This document shows, piece by piece, positions 50,451-58,134 of a stretch of 64,000 nt of DNA (its first letter is position 1; every line of letters starts with the position of its first letter). The stretch lies in contig CAVYTU010000010.1 in assembly GCA_963771465.1 (NCBI GenBank), positions 4,380 through 68,379 on the forward strand, written 5' to 3'. A program made the position numbers and the translations under genes. The notes beneath the pieces are model-generated. The model was not told the DNA's origin. It made no database searches and worked only from the letters and a program-made list of their open reading frames with translations. Source of the DNA: an uncultured delta proteobacterium (lineage in GTDB: Bacteria > Desulfobacterota > Binatia > UBA9968).

Positions 50451-51653
50451 ATGAAAAATATTATCTGGCAATTTCTCATTATAGGGTTAATCGCTGGCTG
50501 CTCCTCCGCCCCCTACACGGGACGGAGCCAATTAATCGTCGTCTCTGAAGGGCAGGAAGCGGCGCTGGGCGACGACGCCTATCGCCACGTGTTGCGTGAC
50601 AGCGTCGTTACCCGAGCGTCGGATGCCGAGCGGATCGTGCGCAAAGTCGGCGAGCGCATCGCTGCCGCGGCCAATAAGCCGGAATACAAATGGGAATTCA
50701 CAGTTATCAACGATCCGGAAACCGTTAACGCATTCGCTGTGCCTGGTGGCAAGGTTGCCGTTTATACCGGTATCTTCGGCCCGGCGCGGGATGAAGCCGG
50801 CTTGGCTGTGGTATTGGGTCATGAAGTCGCTCACGCGCTGGCGCGCCATCCGGCGGAGCGAATGAGCCAGGGGTTGCTGCTGCAACTTGGCGGTGTCGGC
50901 CTCGGCGTCGCTCTCGGGCGAAATCCCGCGGTGGCCAATCAAATTTTACAAGTTTACGGCATTGGCGCGGGGGTTGGCGTGGCTTTGCCGTTTGGCCGGG
51001 CGCAAGAAACCGAAGCGGATCGGATCGGCCTGATATTGATGGCAAAAGCGGGCTACGACCCACGTGTGGCGCTCGATCTGTGGGAACGCATGGAAAAAAA
51101 AGAAGGCAGCAAAGGCGCGCCGCCGGAGTTTCTCTCAACTCATCCGGGCTATGAAACGCGCATTTCCCAATTGCGATCTTTTCTGCCGGAAGCGCTGAAT
51201 TATTTTCAAGCGAGCGCGGCTCGGGTCGAATCGCTTCCAACAGCGGAGTCGCTCGATACGCCGGCGGCGAAATCGGAGCGCGAGCTATTGAAACGAGTGG
51301 AGGCGATCAACCGCTTTGTCGCCGAACAGAGCGGCGAGCGTTCCGTGGTCGAAGCGCTGTCCCATGAACTGCGTCTTAATCCGCAGGTGATCGTGCAAGA
51401 GCGGCAAAAACTTCAAGTCGGATATGGTCAATACGCAGCCATGCGCGGTCTTGCCTATCTCGGGCGCGGCTCGATCAATCGCATCGTCGATGACTACCAA
51501 CGCGGCCGAGCGTGGTCGGAGATCACGAGCGCCAACGGTGGTCGAGTCAACGAGTTGATAGTATGGATTGGCGACGTCATTCGAACGACCAACAGCCTGG
51601 CCCGCCAGCAACGGAATCAACTGCAAAATCCATATCAGCGCCTCCGTCCGTAA
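50451..51653 (+). CDS. M48-family zinc metallopeptidase lipoprotein with C-terminal extension
   Basis: Lipobox LIAGCSS, HEVAHALARH (HExxH) and downstream ETEADRIGL. About 130 extra C-terminal residues. Start chosen at ATG 50451. Confidence 0.85.
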   Translation: MKNIIWQFLIIGLIAGCSSAPYTGRSQLIVVSEGQEAALGDDAYRHVLRDSVVTRASDAERIVRKVGERIAAAANKPEYKWEFTVINDPETVNAFAVPGGKVAVYTGIFGPARDEAGLAVVLGHEVAHALARHPAERMSQGLLLQLGGVGLGVALGRNPAVANQILQVYGIGAGVGVALPFGRAQETEADRIGLILMAKAGYDPRVALDLWERMEKKEGSKGAPPEFLSTHPGYETRISQLRSFLPEALNYFQASAARVESLPTAESLDTPAAKSERELLKRVEAINRFVAEQSGERSVVEALSHELRLNPQVIVQERQKLQVGYGQYAAMRGLAYLGRGSINRIVDDYQRGRAWSEITSANGGRVNELIVWIGDVIRTTNSLARQQRNQLQNPYQRLRP

Positions 51654-51744
51654 ATCGTTTCGGTATGGGGAATCGCTTTCTCCCCCTCTTTTTTCGGCGC
51701 CGAAAGTGCGAGAAATTGGGGCGCAAATTGGGTCGCAAAATGCT

Positions 51745-51771
51745 TTGACATCGCGTCAGAATACATATAAG
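51745..51771 (+). promoter_or_regulatory. Putative sigma70-type promoter
   Basis: Perfect TTGACA (51745-50), then TATAAG (51766-71) at 15 nt or ATAAGT at 16 nt. The same hexamer pair occurs in the mraZ promoter candidate. Confidence 0.35.
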
Positions 51772-51777
51772 TATCTA

Positions 51778-51878
51778 CACAGAGGGTTTTAGTCCGGGTG
51801 AGTAAAAAACCAATCACACAATCCATTGCGATCCGCATTCTTGCTTTAGAAATGCACCCAACTGGGTGCATTTTTTTG
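51778..51878 (+). ncRNA. Candidate about 100-nt small RNA or transcription-attenuating leader
   Basis: Bounded by the promoter candidate and a canonical terminator. An internal stem GGGTTTT...AAAAACC is possible. No credible ORF. The family is unknown. Confidence 0.3.
51850..51878 (+). terminator. Rho-independent terminator
   Basis: AAATGCACCC aact GGGTGCATTT stem (10 bp, 4-nt loop) followed by T7. It lies 22 nt upstream of the next start codon. Confidence 0.7.
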
Positions 51879-51899
51879 TTTTAACGGGGGGATTCGAAG

Positions 51900-52613
51900 T
51901 TGCACGCACAAATCGAGATTTTAGCGTCGCTGCAAACCGTCGATCGAGAGATCAAAGAACAGACCGGTCTCAAACAGGGCTTACTCACTGAACTCCAGGC
52001 GAAAGAAAAGGAAATTCAGACGAAGAAACGCGAGATCGGTCTATTGACCGCCGCCTGCGCCGAGAAAGAAAAACTGCGGCTGGAAAAAGATCGGGTGCTT
52101 CAAGATGAAGGGCGCAAGGCGACGGATAAACGGATGCGCATGAACCGCATCAAAAATATCAAGGAGCTGCAAGCCTTGCAGCGTGAGATTGAGCAGATGC
52201 GCGAGAGTAACGGCGATCTCGAAGAAGAGCTGATCAAGGTCATGCAAGATATTGACGCGTTGAAAGCACAGATGCAGACCAAGGAAAGCGAAATGGCCGC
52301 CATGCGCGAAGAATGGGGAAACAAACAGCGCGAGCTTGAGACGCAAATCAGCGGTATTGATCAATCGGTCTCGGCAGCCGCAAGCCGGCGTCAGACCATC
52401 GCCTCGCAGGTGACCGGCGACTTGATTTCGCGCTACGAATTGATTTTTTCGCGCCGCGGCGGCATGGCCGTGGTGGAAGTCGCCGCCGGCATTTGCCAAG
52501 GCTGCTATATGAACATACCGCCGCAATTGAGCAACGAGATCAGCCGAAGCGACAAGGTTCATCTCTGTCCCAGCTGCCAACGCATTCTCTACATCAAGCC
52601 AGCTACGCAGTAA
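51900..52613 (+). CDS. COG1579-type coiled-coil protein with C-terminal C4 zinc ribbon
   Basis: Long coiled coil followed by CQGCYMNIPPQLSNEISRSDKVHLCPSCQRILY. TTG start with GGGGGGA 7 nt upstream. Confidence 0.8.
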   Translation: MHAQIEILASLQTVDREIKEQTGLKQGLLTELQAKEKEIQTKKREIGLLTAACAEKEKLRLEKDRVLQDEGRKATDKRMRMNRIKNIKELQALQREIEQMRESNGDLEEELIKVMQDIDALKAQMQTKESEMAAMREEWGNKQRELETQISGIDQSVSAAASRRQTIASQVTGDLISRYELIFSRRGGMAVVEVAAGICQGCYMNIPPQLSNEISRSDKVHLCPSCQRILYIKPATQ

Positions 52614-52734
52614 GCGAATCCGCGGCTGGTAAGCGAGGCGTTTCACGACCTATCCGTGCGCGTAAAGTCACTGCAAGTATATCCACTCGGCGGGCGACGA
52701 CGGCGCTGAAAATTCCTAAAGAATAATTTCCCCG

Positions 52735-53127
52735 TTGATCGACGTGACGCCGTGGGTCAAGCAAGATTTGGCGCAGGACCAAGAAGAATGGCTGCTGATG
52801 GGCAATGGCGCCGCGCGCGGCAATCCCGGTGATGCTGCTTGCGGCGCAGCGATCCGCGATGAAACCGACGCGCTGGTCAAGGGCCAGCCACTCGGCCGCA
52901 AAAGTATTCGCGGGTAAGGCGACTTTCAGCTTCTCGTGCGGCACTTGAACGGCAAATACCCCGTCAAAGATCAAAAGCTCAGGATACTTTATCTGCGCGC
53001 GCAGACTTTGTTGCGCCGGTTCGACTCCTATCGTATGGTTCATGTCTATCGCGAGATGAACGAAGTTGCCGATCGATTGGTCAATCACGGCATTGACGAC
53101 GCGATGGGGAGAAACAGCACGGGCTAA
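52735..53127 (+). pseudogene. Decayed RNase H-like (RNase HI family) gene relic
   Basis: GNGAARGNPGDAACGAAIRDE resembles DGGSRGNPGPAGxGAV, but the catalytic Asp is Asn. An in-frame TAA sits at 52915-52917. About 25 aa including the NNxAEY Glu block are missing. The C-terminal part GDFQLLVRHLNGKYPVKDQKL ... REMNEVADRLVN is retained. No proper start codon. Confidence 0.55.
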
Positions 53128-53494
53128 AGTGGATTAAGCGATCGCGCTCGCGTTTCGGCGCGGGGGAGGAAAGTCCGGACTCCACAGGACAGGGTGGCCG
53201 TTAACGGCGGCCCCGAGGAATCGGGGGAAAGTACCACAGAAAACATACCGCCTGCCGCTTCGGCGGCCGGTAAGGTTGAAAAGGCGAGGTAAGAGCTCAC
53301 CGGTTCACCAGTGATGGTGGACGCATGGCAAACCCCACCCGGAGCAAGGCCAAATAGGAGGGTTGGGTGGTCCGCCCATAGCCCTCGGGTATGGTCGCTC
53401 GACTCCTCGAGCAATCGAGGAGCAAGATGAATGATCGCTGTGATTCTGAACTACGAGTCACGACAGAATCCGGCTTACCGATCCACTTTAGCCC
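53121..53494 (+). ncRNA. rnpB: RNase P RNA, bacterial type A
   Basis: GGAGGAAAGTCCGGAC (P4 5' strand), GGTAAGGTTGAAAAGGCGAGGTAAGAGCTCACC, and ACAGAATCCGGCTTA (P4 3' strand). The terminal P1 helix pairs GGGCTAAAGTGGAT with ATCCACTTTAGCCC. About 374 nt. Confidence 0.9.
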
Positions 53495-53655
53495 GAACGT
53501 TTCTCCGCGATTTGCGATCTTATCTGTGCGCAATCTTGCCGCGTCGATGCGATGGGCTCCTGAAGTCAGTTCATTGAGATTTAAATCTCAATTAACTGCC
53601 GTTCAAGAAGGCATTGTCATCGCTATCCGGCGGAACATTCGCCTTTCATCCGCAC

Positions 53656-53845
53656 GACTCAGGCAAGCTGACTTCGCATCCGTAGAGTACGGTGTCTTAA
53701 CTCCAGGCTGGTGCGTTGCACAGTCTGTAAAGTTACTCCAATCGCGGAATCCCGGGTTTAATGCCGAAATCCAACGATTTTTGATTTGCGGCAACATTTC
53801 TCTCTTGTCCTTCACGTTCTCGTTGAGAGTGCATTCAGGATGAAT
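53656..53845 (+). repeat. Dispersed conserved intergenic element, copy B
   Basis: Aligns by eye with 37634-37860 (see copy A). It lies in the 540-bp non-coding gap between rnpB and mraZ. Confidence 0.6.
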
Positions 53846-53944
53846 CCATCGAATGGACTCATGCACAGAAATTTGCAGTTTCGCCTATCGCTTACGCCTC
53901 ACGCCCAAATTGTGAAAAAACCTTGGGAAATTGAATCATTTATA

Positions 53945-53973
53945 TTGACAGGTGGTAGAGAGGAAGCTATAAG
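53945..53973 (+). promoter_or_regulatory. Putative dcw/mraZ promoter
   Basis: TTGACA (53945-50), a 17-nt spacer, then TATAAG (53968-73), 65 nt upstream of the mraZ ATG. Confidence 0.55.
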
Positions 53974-53997
53974 TGGCGACTAGTGGGAAAAAATGGG
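53973..53997 (+). promoter_or_regulatory. Putative MraZ operator (three direct repeats, 10-bp phasing)
   Basis: GTGGC (53973), GTGGG (53983) and ATGGG (53993), each 10 nt apart and immediately downstream of the -10 hexamer. This resembles the TGGGN x3 repeats with 5-nt spacers described for E. coli MraZ. Confidence 0.45.
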
Positions 53998-54037
53998 ATA
54001 GAGCGTTCTAAAATTGGCTATCCTAGCAACGGAATCC

Positions 54038-54490
54038 ATGTTTCGTGGCAGCTTTGAACATACTCTCGATAGCAAGGGACGGCTTAGCGTTCCGGCGAGG
54101 TTTCGTGATGTGCTGATCGGCAAGGGTGACGATCGCATCGTCATGACCAATTTCGTCATCGATGGGCAGCGCTGTCTCGATGTTTATCCGATCGATGCTT
54201 GGCTCAGATTCGAAGACGAGGTTCGCAAAAAACCAAAGTTCGATCCGCGTATGATGAGCTTTCAAAATTATTATCTCAGTTCAGCTTGCGAATGCAGCCT
54301 CGATACGCACGGGCGGATTCTGATTCCGCCGGTGCTGAGGAAATACGCCGATCTCAAACGCGACATCATTTTGGTTTCGGCACTGGAAAAGTTTCGCGTC
54401 TGGGATCAAGAGGCGTGGAAGAAGATTTTCGTCGAAGCGGAAGACAAGGTGATGCAGGATCCGGATTTCCTTGGGGACTTGGGATTGTAA
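54038..54490 (+). CDS. mraZ: Transcriptional regulator MraZ
   Basis: MFRGSFEHTLDSKGRLSVPARFR plus a second SpoVT/AbrB-like repeat (LDTHGRILIPPVLR). Start set at the canonical MFRG ATG (54038). Confidence 0.9.
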   Translation: MFRGSFEHTLDSKGRLSVPARFRDVLIGKGDDRIVMTNFVIDGQRCLDVYPIDAWLRFEDEVRKKPKFDPRMMSFQNYYLSSACECSLDTHGRILIPPVLRKYADLKRDIILVSALEKFRVWDQEAWKKIFVEAEDKVMQDPDFLGDLGL

Positions 54491-54532
54491 CAGAGCCGTA
54501 GGCGGTGGTCGGCTGCGAGAGGGGGAATAAAT

Positions 54533-54895
54533 ATGTTAGCGCGCAAAGCGATTCAAGATATCTCCGTGATCGATCTCAACGGCGATATTGATTTTCGGGA
54601 GATGATCCGCATCAAAGATGCGATCGGTTCGTTGATCGAAAAGGAACGGATCAAGGTGGTGATCAATCTCAAGTCGGTGGATCATATCAACTACTTGAGC
54701 ATTGGCGTTCTCTTGGAGCGGTTGAAGCTGCTCAGAAATTTAAATGGCGATCTCAAGCTTGCGGGCATGAGTCCTTTCTTGCGTGATATTTTTAAGGTCG
54801 TCGGCATGGACCGCTTCTTCGAAGATTACACCTCTCTGGAGGACGCCATCGAAAGCTTTGACGACGATTGGGAGGGTGACGGCACCAGTCACTGA
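54533..54895 (+). CDS. STAS-domain (anti-sigma-factor-antagonist-like) protein
   Basis: VIDLNGDIDF...IKDAI..LIEKERIKVVINLKSVDHINYLSIGVLLERLKLLRNLNGDLKLAGMSPFLRDIFKVVGMDRFF matches the SpoIIAA/STAS beta-alpha pattern. Good Shine-Dalgarno. It ends 2 nt before rsmH. Confidence 0.7.
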   Translation: MLARKAIQDISVIDLNGDIDFREMIRIKDAIGSLIEKERIKVVINLKSVDHINYLSIGVLLERLKLLRNLNGDLKLAGMSPFLRDIFKVVGMDRFFEDYTSLEDAIESFDDDWEGDGTSH

Positions 54896-54897
54896 GT

Positions 54898-55833
54898 GTG
54901 TTTGCCCATGTCTCTGTAATGTTGCGGGAGGTCGTCGACTATCTCAACCCTAAACCAGGCAAGCGATATCTCGATGGCACATTGGGTGGAGGAGGGCATA
55001 GCGAACAGATCCTGATCGAGAGTGAGCCGGATGGTTTGGTTCTGGGACTGGACCGGGACGACGAGGCGCTTAGTGCGGCACGCCAGCGCTTGCAAAGGTT
55101 TGGCGCTCGTTTGAGCGGGCGTCAGGCGAGTTTCGCCGAAGCGGACGGAATTCTTGCGACAATCGGCTGGCCGACGGTCGATGGAGTGATCTTGGACTTA
55201 GGCATCTCATCCCATCAGATAGATTCTCCCGAACGAGGCTTTAGCTTTCGCGGCGATGGCCGGCTCGACATGCGCATGGACCGGCGCCAAGAGCTCGATG
55301 CTGAGCGCGTTGTGAATACGTATAGCGAGGCTGAGCTGGAGAGAATTTTTCGCGACTACGGCGAAGAGCCGCAGGCGCGACGGATCGCGCGTGTCCTGGC
55401 TGCCGAGCGCAAGCATAAACCGATCGAAACGACTGCCGAACTCACTCAGCTGGTCGCGCGCGCCAAGCCTAGCAGCGGTGGCCGGAGGCGCGATCATCAT
55501 CCGGCAACGCAAGTTTTCCAAGCGCTTCGTATCGCGGTCAATCAAGAGCTTGTCGAGATTGAGCGATTCTTGGACAAGGGTTATGAACTGCTCAGCCCGC
55601 AAGGCCGAATGGTGATCATATCATTTCAGTCCTTGGAAGATCGCCTGGTGAAACAGGCGTTTCGCAAATGGAGCCGTGCCTGTCTCTGTCCGCCGCGCGT
55701 GCTCAGCTGTCGGTGCGGCTGGAATCAGAAGGTGAAACCGCTCACGAAAAAGCCGGTGCTGCCATCGGCGCGAGAGATCGAAACCAATCCGCGCGCACGC
55801 GCCGCCAAATTGCGCGCGGTCGAGAAAATTTAG
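54898..55833 (+). CDS. rsmH: 16S rRNA (cytosine1402-N4)-methyltransferase
   Basis: HVSVMLREVV, LDGTLGGGGHS, DLGISSHQID and SFQSLEDRLVK motifs. GTG start. Confidence 0.9.
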   Translation: MFAHVSVMLREVVDYLNPKPGKRYLDGTLGGGGHSEQILIESEPDGLVLGLDRDDEALSAARQRLQRFGARLSGRQASFAEADGILATIGWPTVDGVILDLGISSHQIDSPERGFSFRGDGRLDMRMDRRQELDAERVVNTYSEAELERIFRDYGEEPQARRIARVLAAERKHKPIETTAELTQLVARAKPSSGGRRRDHHPATQVFQALRIAVNQELVEIERFLDKGYELLSPQGRMVIISFQSLEDRLVKQAFRKWSRACLCPPRVLSCRCGWNQKVKPLTKKPVLPSAREIETNPRARAAKLRAVEKI

Positions 55834-55838
55834 CGGCC

Positions 55839-56180
55839 ATGGCAACTGCTGTCAGCACGCAACCGCGTAGAATTATCGGCGCGAAGCGAGAACGTGCGGC
55901 ACCGGCCCGCGGTAAACGCCGCCGCTTTGTAATTGCCGCCTTGCTGGTTCTCGGCTTGATCGGCGCGGTGTTGGTCCATGTGTGGTTGCGCTTACAAGTT
56001 GTGCGCATGGGCTATGTGCTTTCGACTACGAGCAAGCTACAAGCCCGGCTCGAACAGGAAAATCGCGAATTGAAAGTCGAATTAGCGACGATGACATCGC
56101 CCGACCGGCTCGAAGCCCTGGCACGCCAGCGCTTAGGGCTGGTTCAGCCTGAGAAAGGTCAGGTCGTGGTTTTACCATGA
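55839..56180 (+). CDS. ftsL: Cell division protein FtsL
   Basis: 113 aa with a basic N-terminus, a single TM helix (FVIAALLVLGLIGAVLVHVWL) and a coiled coil. Position is between rsmH and ftsI. The C-terminal SPDRLEALARQRLGL motif is FtsL-like. Confidence 0.7.
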   Translation: MATAVSTQPRRIIGAKRERAAPARGKRRRFVIAALLVLGLIGAVLVHVWLRLQVVRMGYVLSTTSKLQARLEQENRELKVELATMTSPDRLEALARQRLGLVQPEKGQVVVLP

Positions 56181-58129
56181 GGCGTACTTTCAAGTGCAAT
56201 CAGCGGCGCCTATTAATCGCCAAGGTTTTGTTCCTTGTGGTTTTCTTGGCGGTGGGCGGTCGCGCGTTCCAGCTGCAAGTCCTGCAAGGCGATAAACTCA
56301 TGCGCCTGGGCCAACGCCAGCACTTAAAGGAATGGATCGTTTTGCCAAAGCGCGGTGCGTTGATTGACCGCGCCGGTGAACCGTTGGCGTTGAGCATGGA
56401 GTCGCAGTCGGTCTACGTTCGACCCCATCGAATTCAAGACGCCGACAGAGTGAGTCAAAATTTGGCGCAGATCCTTAATCTCCGCGCCGCTGAAGTTAAA
56501 CAAAAAGTCAGCTCGGAAAAACCCTTCGTTTGGGTCAAGCGGCAAATCTCATCGCCGGAGGCGGAAAAAATTCAGGCGCTGAACCTGGACGGCATCGGCA
56601 TGTTTTTCGAACCCAATCGCCACTATCCGCAAGGGCAGCTGGCGGGCCAGCTGATCGGCTTCGTCGGCCGGGATTCCGAAGGGCTGGAAGGCTTGGAGCT
56701 GAAGTACAACGACTTCATCCGCGGGGAAACCGGTTCGTCAGTAACCGAGCGCGACGCGCTCGGACGGCGTGTGCTCGTTCAGGGTATGGAGGGATTGCAG
56801 ATTCCGCCGGGCAGCGACGTTCATTTGACACTCGACACGGCGATTCAAAACATGGCGGAAAAAGAATTAGAAGCATCGATCGTAAAATATCGCGCCAAAG
56901 CGGGAGTGGCGATCGTGGTGGAGCCGCACACCGGTGAAGTTCTGGCATTGGCCAACTATCCCTCCTTCGATCCCAATAATTACGCCAAGCAAACCGCCGA
57001 GCAGAGACGTAACCGCGCCGTCACGGACAGTTTCGAACCGGGCTCGACATTTAAAACCATTCTCGCCGCCGCCGCTTTAGAAGAAGGGATCGTCGGCAAA
57101 GACGATCTCTTCTATTGTGAAATGGGCAAGTATCCGTTTGCCGGACGAGTGATCCATGACACTCATCCGCAGGGTTGGCTGTCTTTCGCTAAGATTCTCC
57201 AGGTGTCGAGCAACATCGGCTTCACCAAAGTGGCCGAGAAGGTCAAGCGGGAGCGCTACTTCAAGTACATTGAAAAATTTGGTTTCGGCAAAGTCACAGG
57301 CTTGGATGTGCCCGGCGAGGTGCCTGGATTGCTGCGCCGCGCCGAAAGTTGGGCGAGTATCGATCTGGCCACCCATGCTTTCGGCCAAGGCATCTCGACC
57401 ACGCCGATGCAGCTGGTAATGGCGTATGCGGCGATCGCCAACGGCGGCTTTCTCATGCGTCCGTTTGTGACTCGCCGGGTGATTAGCCCGGGCGGCGAAG
57501 TCTTGGTCGAGAACCAGCCCCACGTGGTGCGCCGGGTGATTTCGGAAAAAACTGCCAAGCTGCTGGCATCGATACTGAAGGATGTGACCAACGAGGGCGG
57601 CACCGGCACCATGGCGAATATCGAAGGCTTCGAAGTCGCGGGAAAAACCGGCACGGCGCAGAAGGCCGATCCGGCCCACGGCGGATATTCAAAGAAGCGC
57701 GTCGCCTCCTTTGTCGGATTTGTGCCTGCCGATAATCCACGTTTGGTGGCGTTAGTGCTGATCGACGAGCCCGAGTCGCAAGTTTACGGCGGCGTGGTCG
57801 CGGCGCCGGTGTTTCGTAACCTGGTTCAAGGCGCGCTGCGCCGGTTGGCCGTGGCACCGCAGACGACTCAGCCGCTTCCGACGGAGCCCAACCGCGCCGC
57901 ATTGACGATTCGCCATGGCGCCAAGCGCGCCACTCAAACCGCGCTTCCCGCCGGTGCCGATGGGGTGCCCGATTTCGTCGGCCTAAGTCTGCGCGAGGCG
58001 TTGACGAAAGCTCAATCGATGAAAGTTAAGGTGCGGCTGCAAGGCAATGGCTACGTAATTCGTCAGGCGCCGCAGGCGGGCGGCCGCTGGAACGAAGAAG
58101 AAATTTTAGTGCTCAATTTGCAAGGCTGA
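56177..58129 (+). CDS. ftsI: Peptidoglycan D,D-transpeptidase FtsI (class B PBP) with C-terminal PASTA domain
   Basis: STFK, SSN and KTGT active-site motifs, an N-terminal TM helix and dimerisation domain, and a C-terminal VPDFVGLSLREALTKAQSMKVKVRLQGNGYVIRQAPQAG. Confidence 0.9.
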   Translation: MRRTFKCNQRRLLIAKVLFLVVFLAVGGRAFQLQVLQGDKLMRLGQRQHLKEWIVLPKRGALIDRAGEPLALSMESQSVYVRPHRIQDADRVSQNLAQILNLRAAEVKQKVSSEKPFVWVKRQISSPEAEKIQALNLDGIGMFFEPNRHYPQGQLAGQLIGFVGRDSEGLEGLELKYNDFIRGETGSSVTERDALGRRVLVQGMEGLQIPPGSDVHLTLDTAIQNMAEKELEASIVKYRAKAGVAIVVEPHTGEVLALANYPSFDPNNYAKQTAEQRRNRAVTDSFEPGSTFKTILAAAALEEGIVGKDDLFYCEMGKYPFAGRVIHDTHPQGWLSFAKILQVSSNIGFTKVAEKVKRERYFKYIEKFGFGKVTGLDVPGEVPGLLRRAESWASIDLATHAFGQGISTTPMQLVMAYAAIANGGFLMRPFVTRRVISPGGEVLVENQPHVVRRVISEKTAKLLASILKDVTNEGGTGTMANIEGFEVAGKTGTAQKADPAHGGYSKKRVASFVGFVPADNPRLVALVLIDEPESQVYGGVVAAPVFRNLVQGALRRLAVAPQTTQPLPTEPNRAALTIRHGAKRATQTALPAGADGVPDFVGLSLREALTKAQSMKVKVRLQGNGYVIRQAPQAGGRWNEEEILVLNLQG

Positions 58130-58134
58130 CGGAG

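Noticed and set aside
51635-51871. 78-aa reverse ORF in the M48-COG1579 gap
   Set aside because: It has no Shine-Dalgarno and odd composition, and it overlaps the terminator stem and the promoter candidate. The region is better explained as non-coding.
52603-53088. 161-aa reverse ORF opposite the RNase H-like relic
   Set aside because: It has no recognisable motifs, whereas the plus strand shows RNase H blocks. It also overlaps the end of the COG1579 gene.
53391-53843. 150-aa plus-strand ORF
   Set aside because: Its first 100 nt are the 3' part of RNase P RNA and the rest translates an intergenic repeat. No Shine-Dalgarno and no family resemblance.
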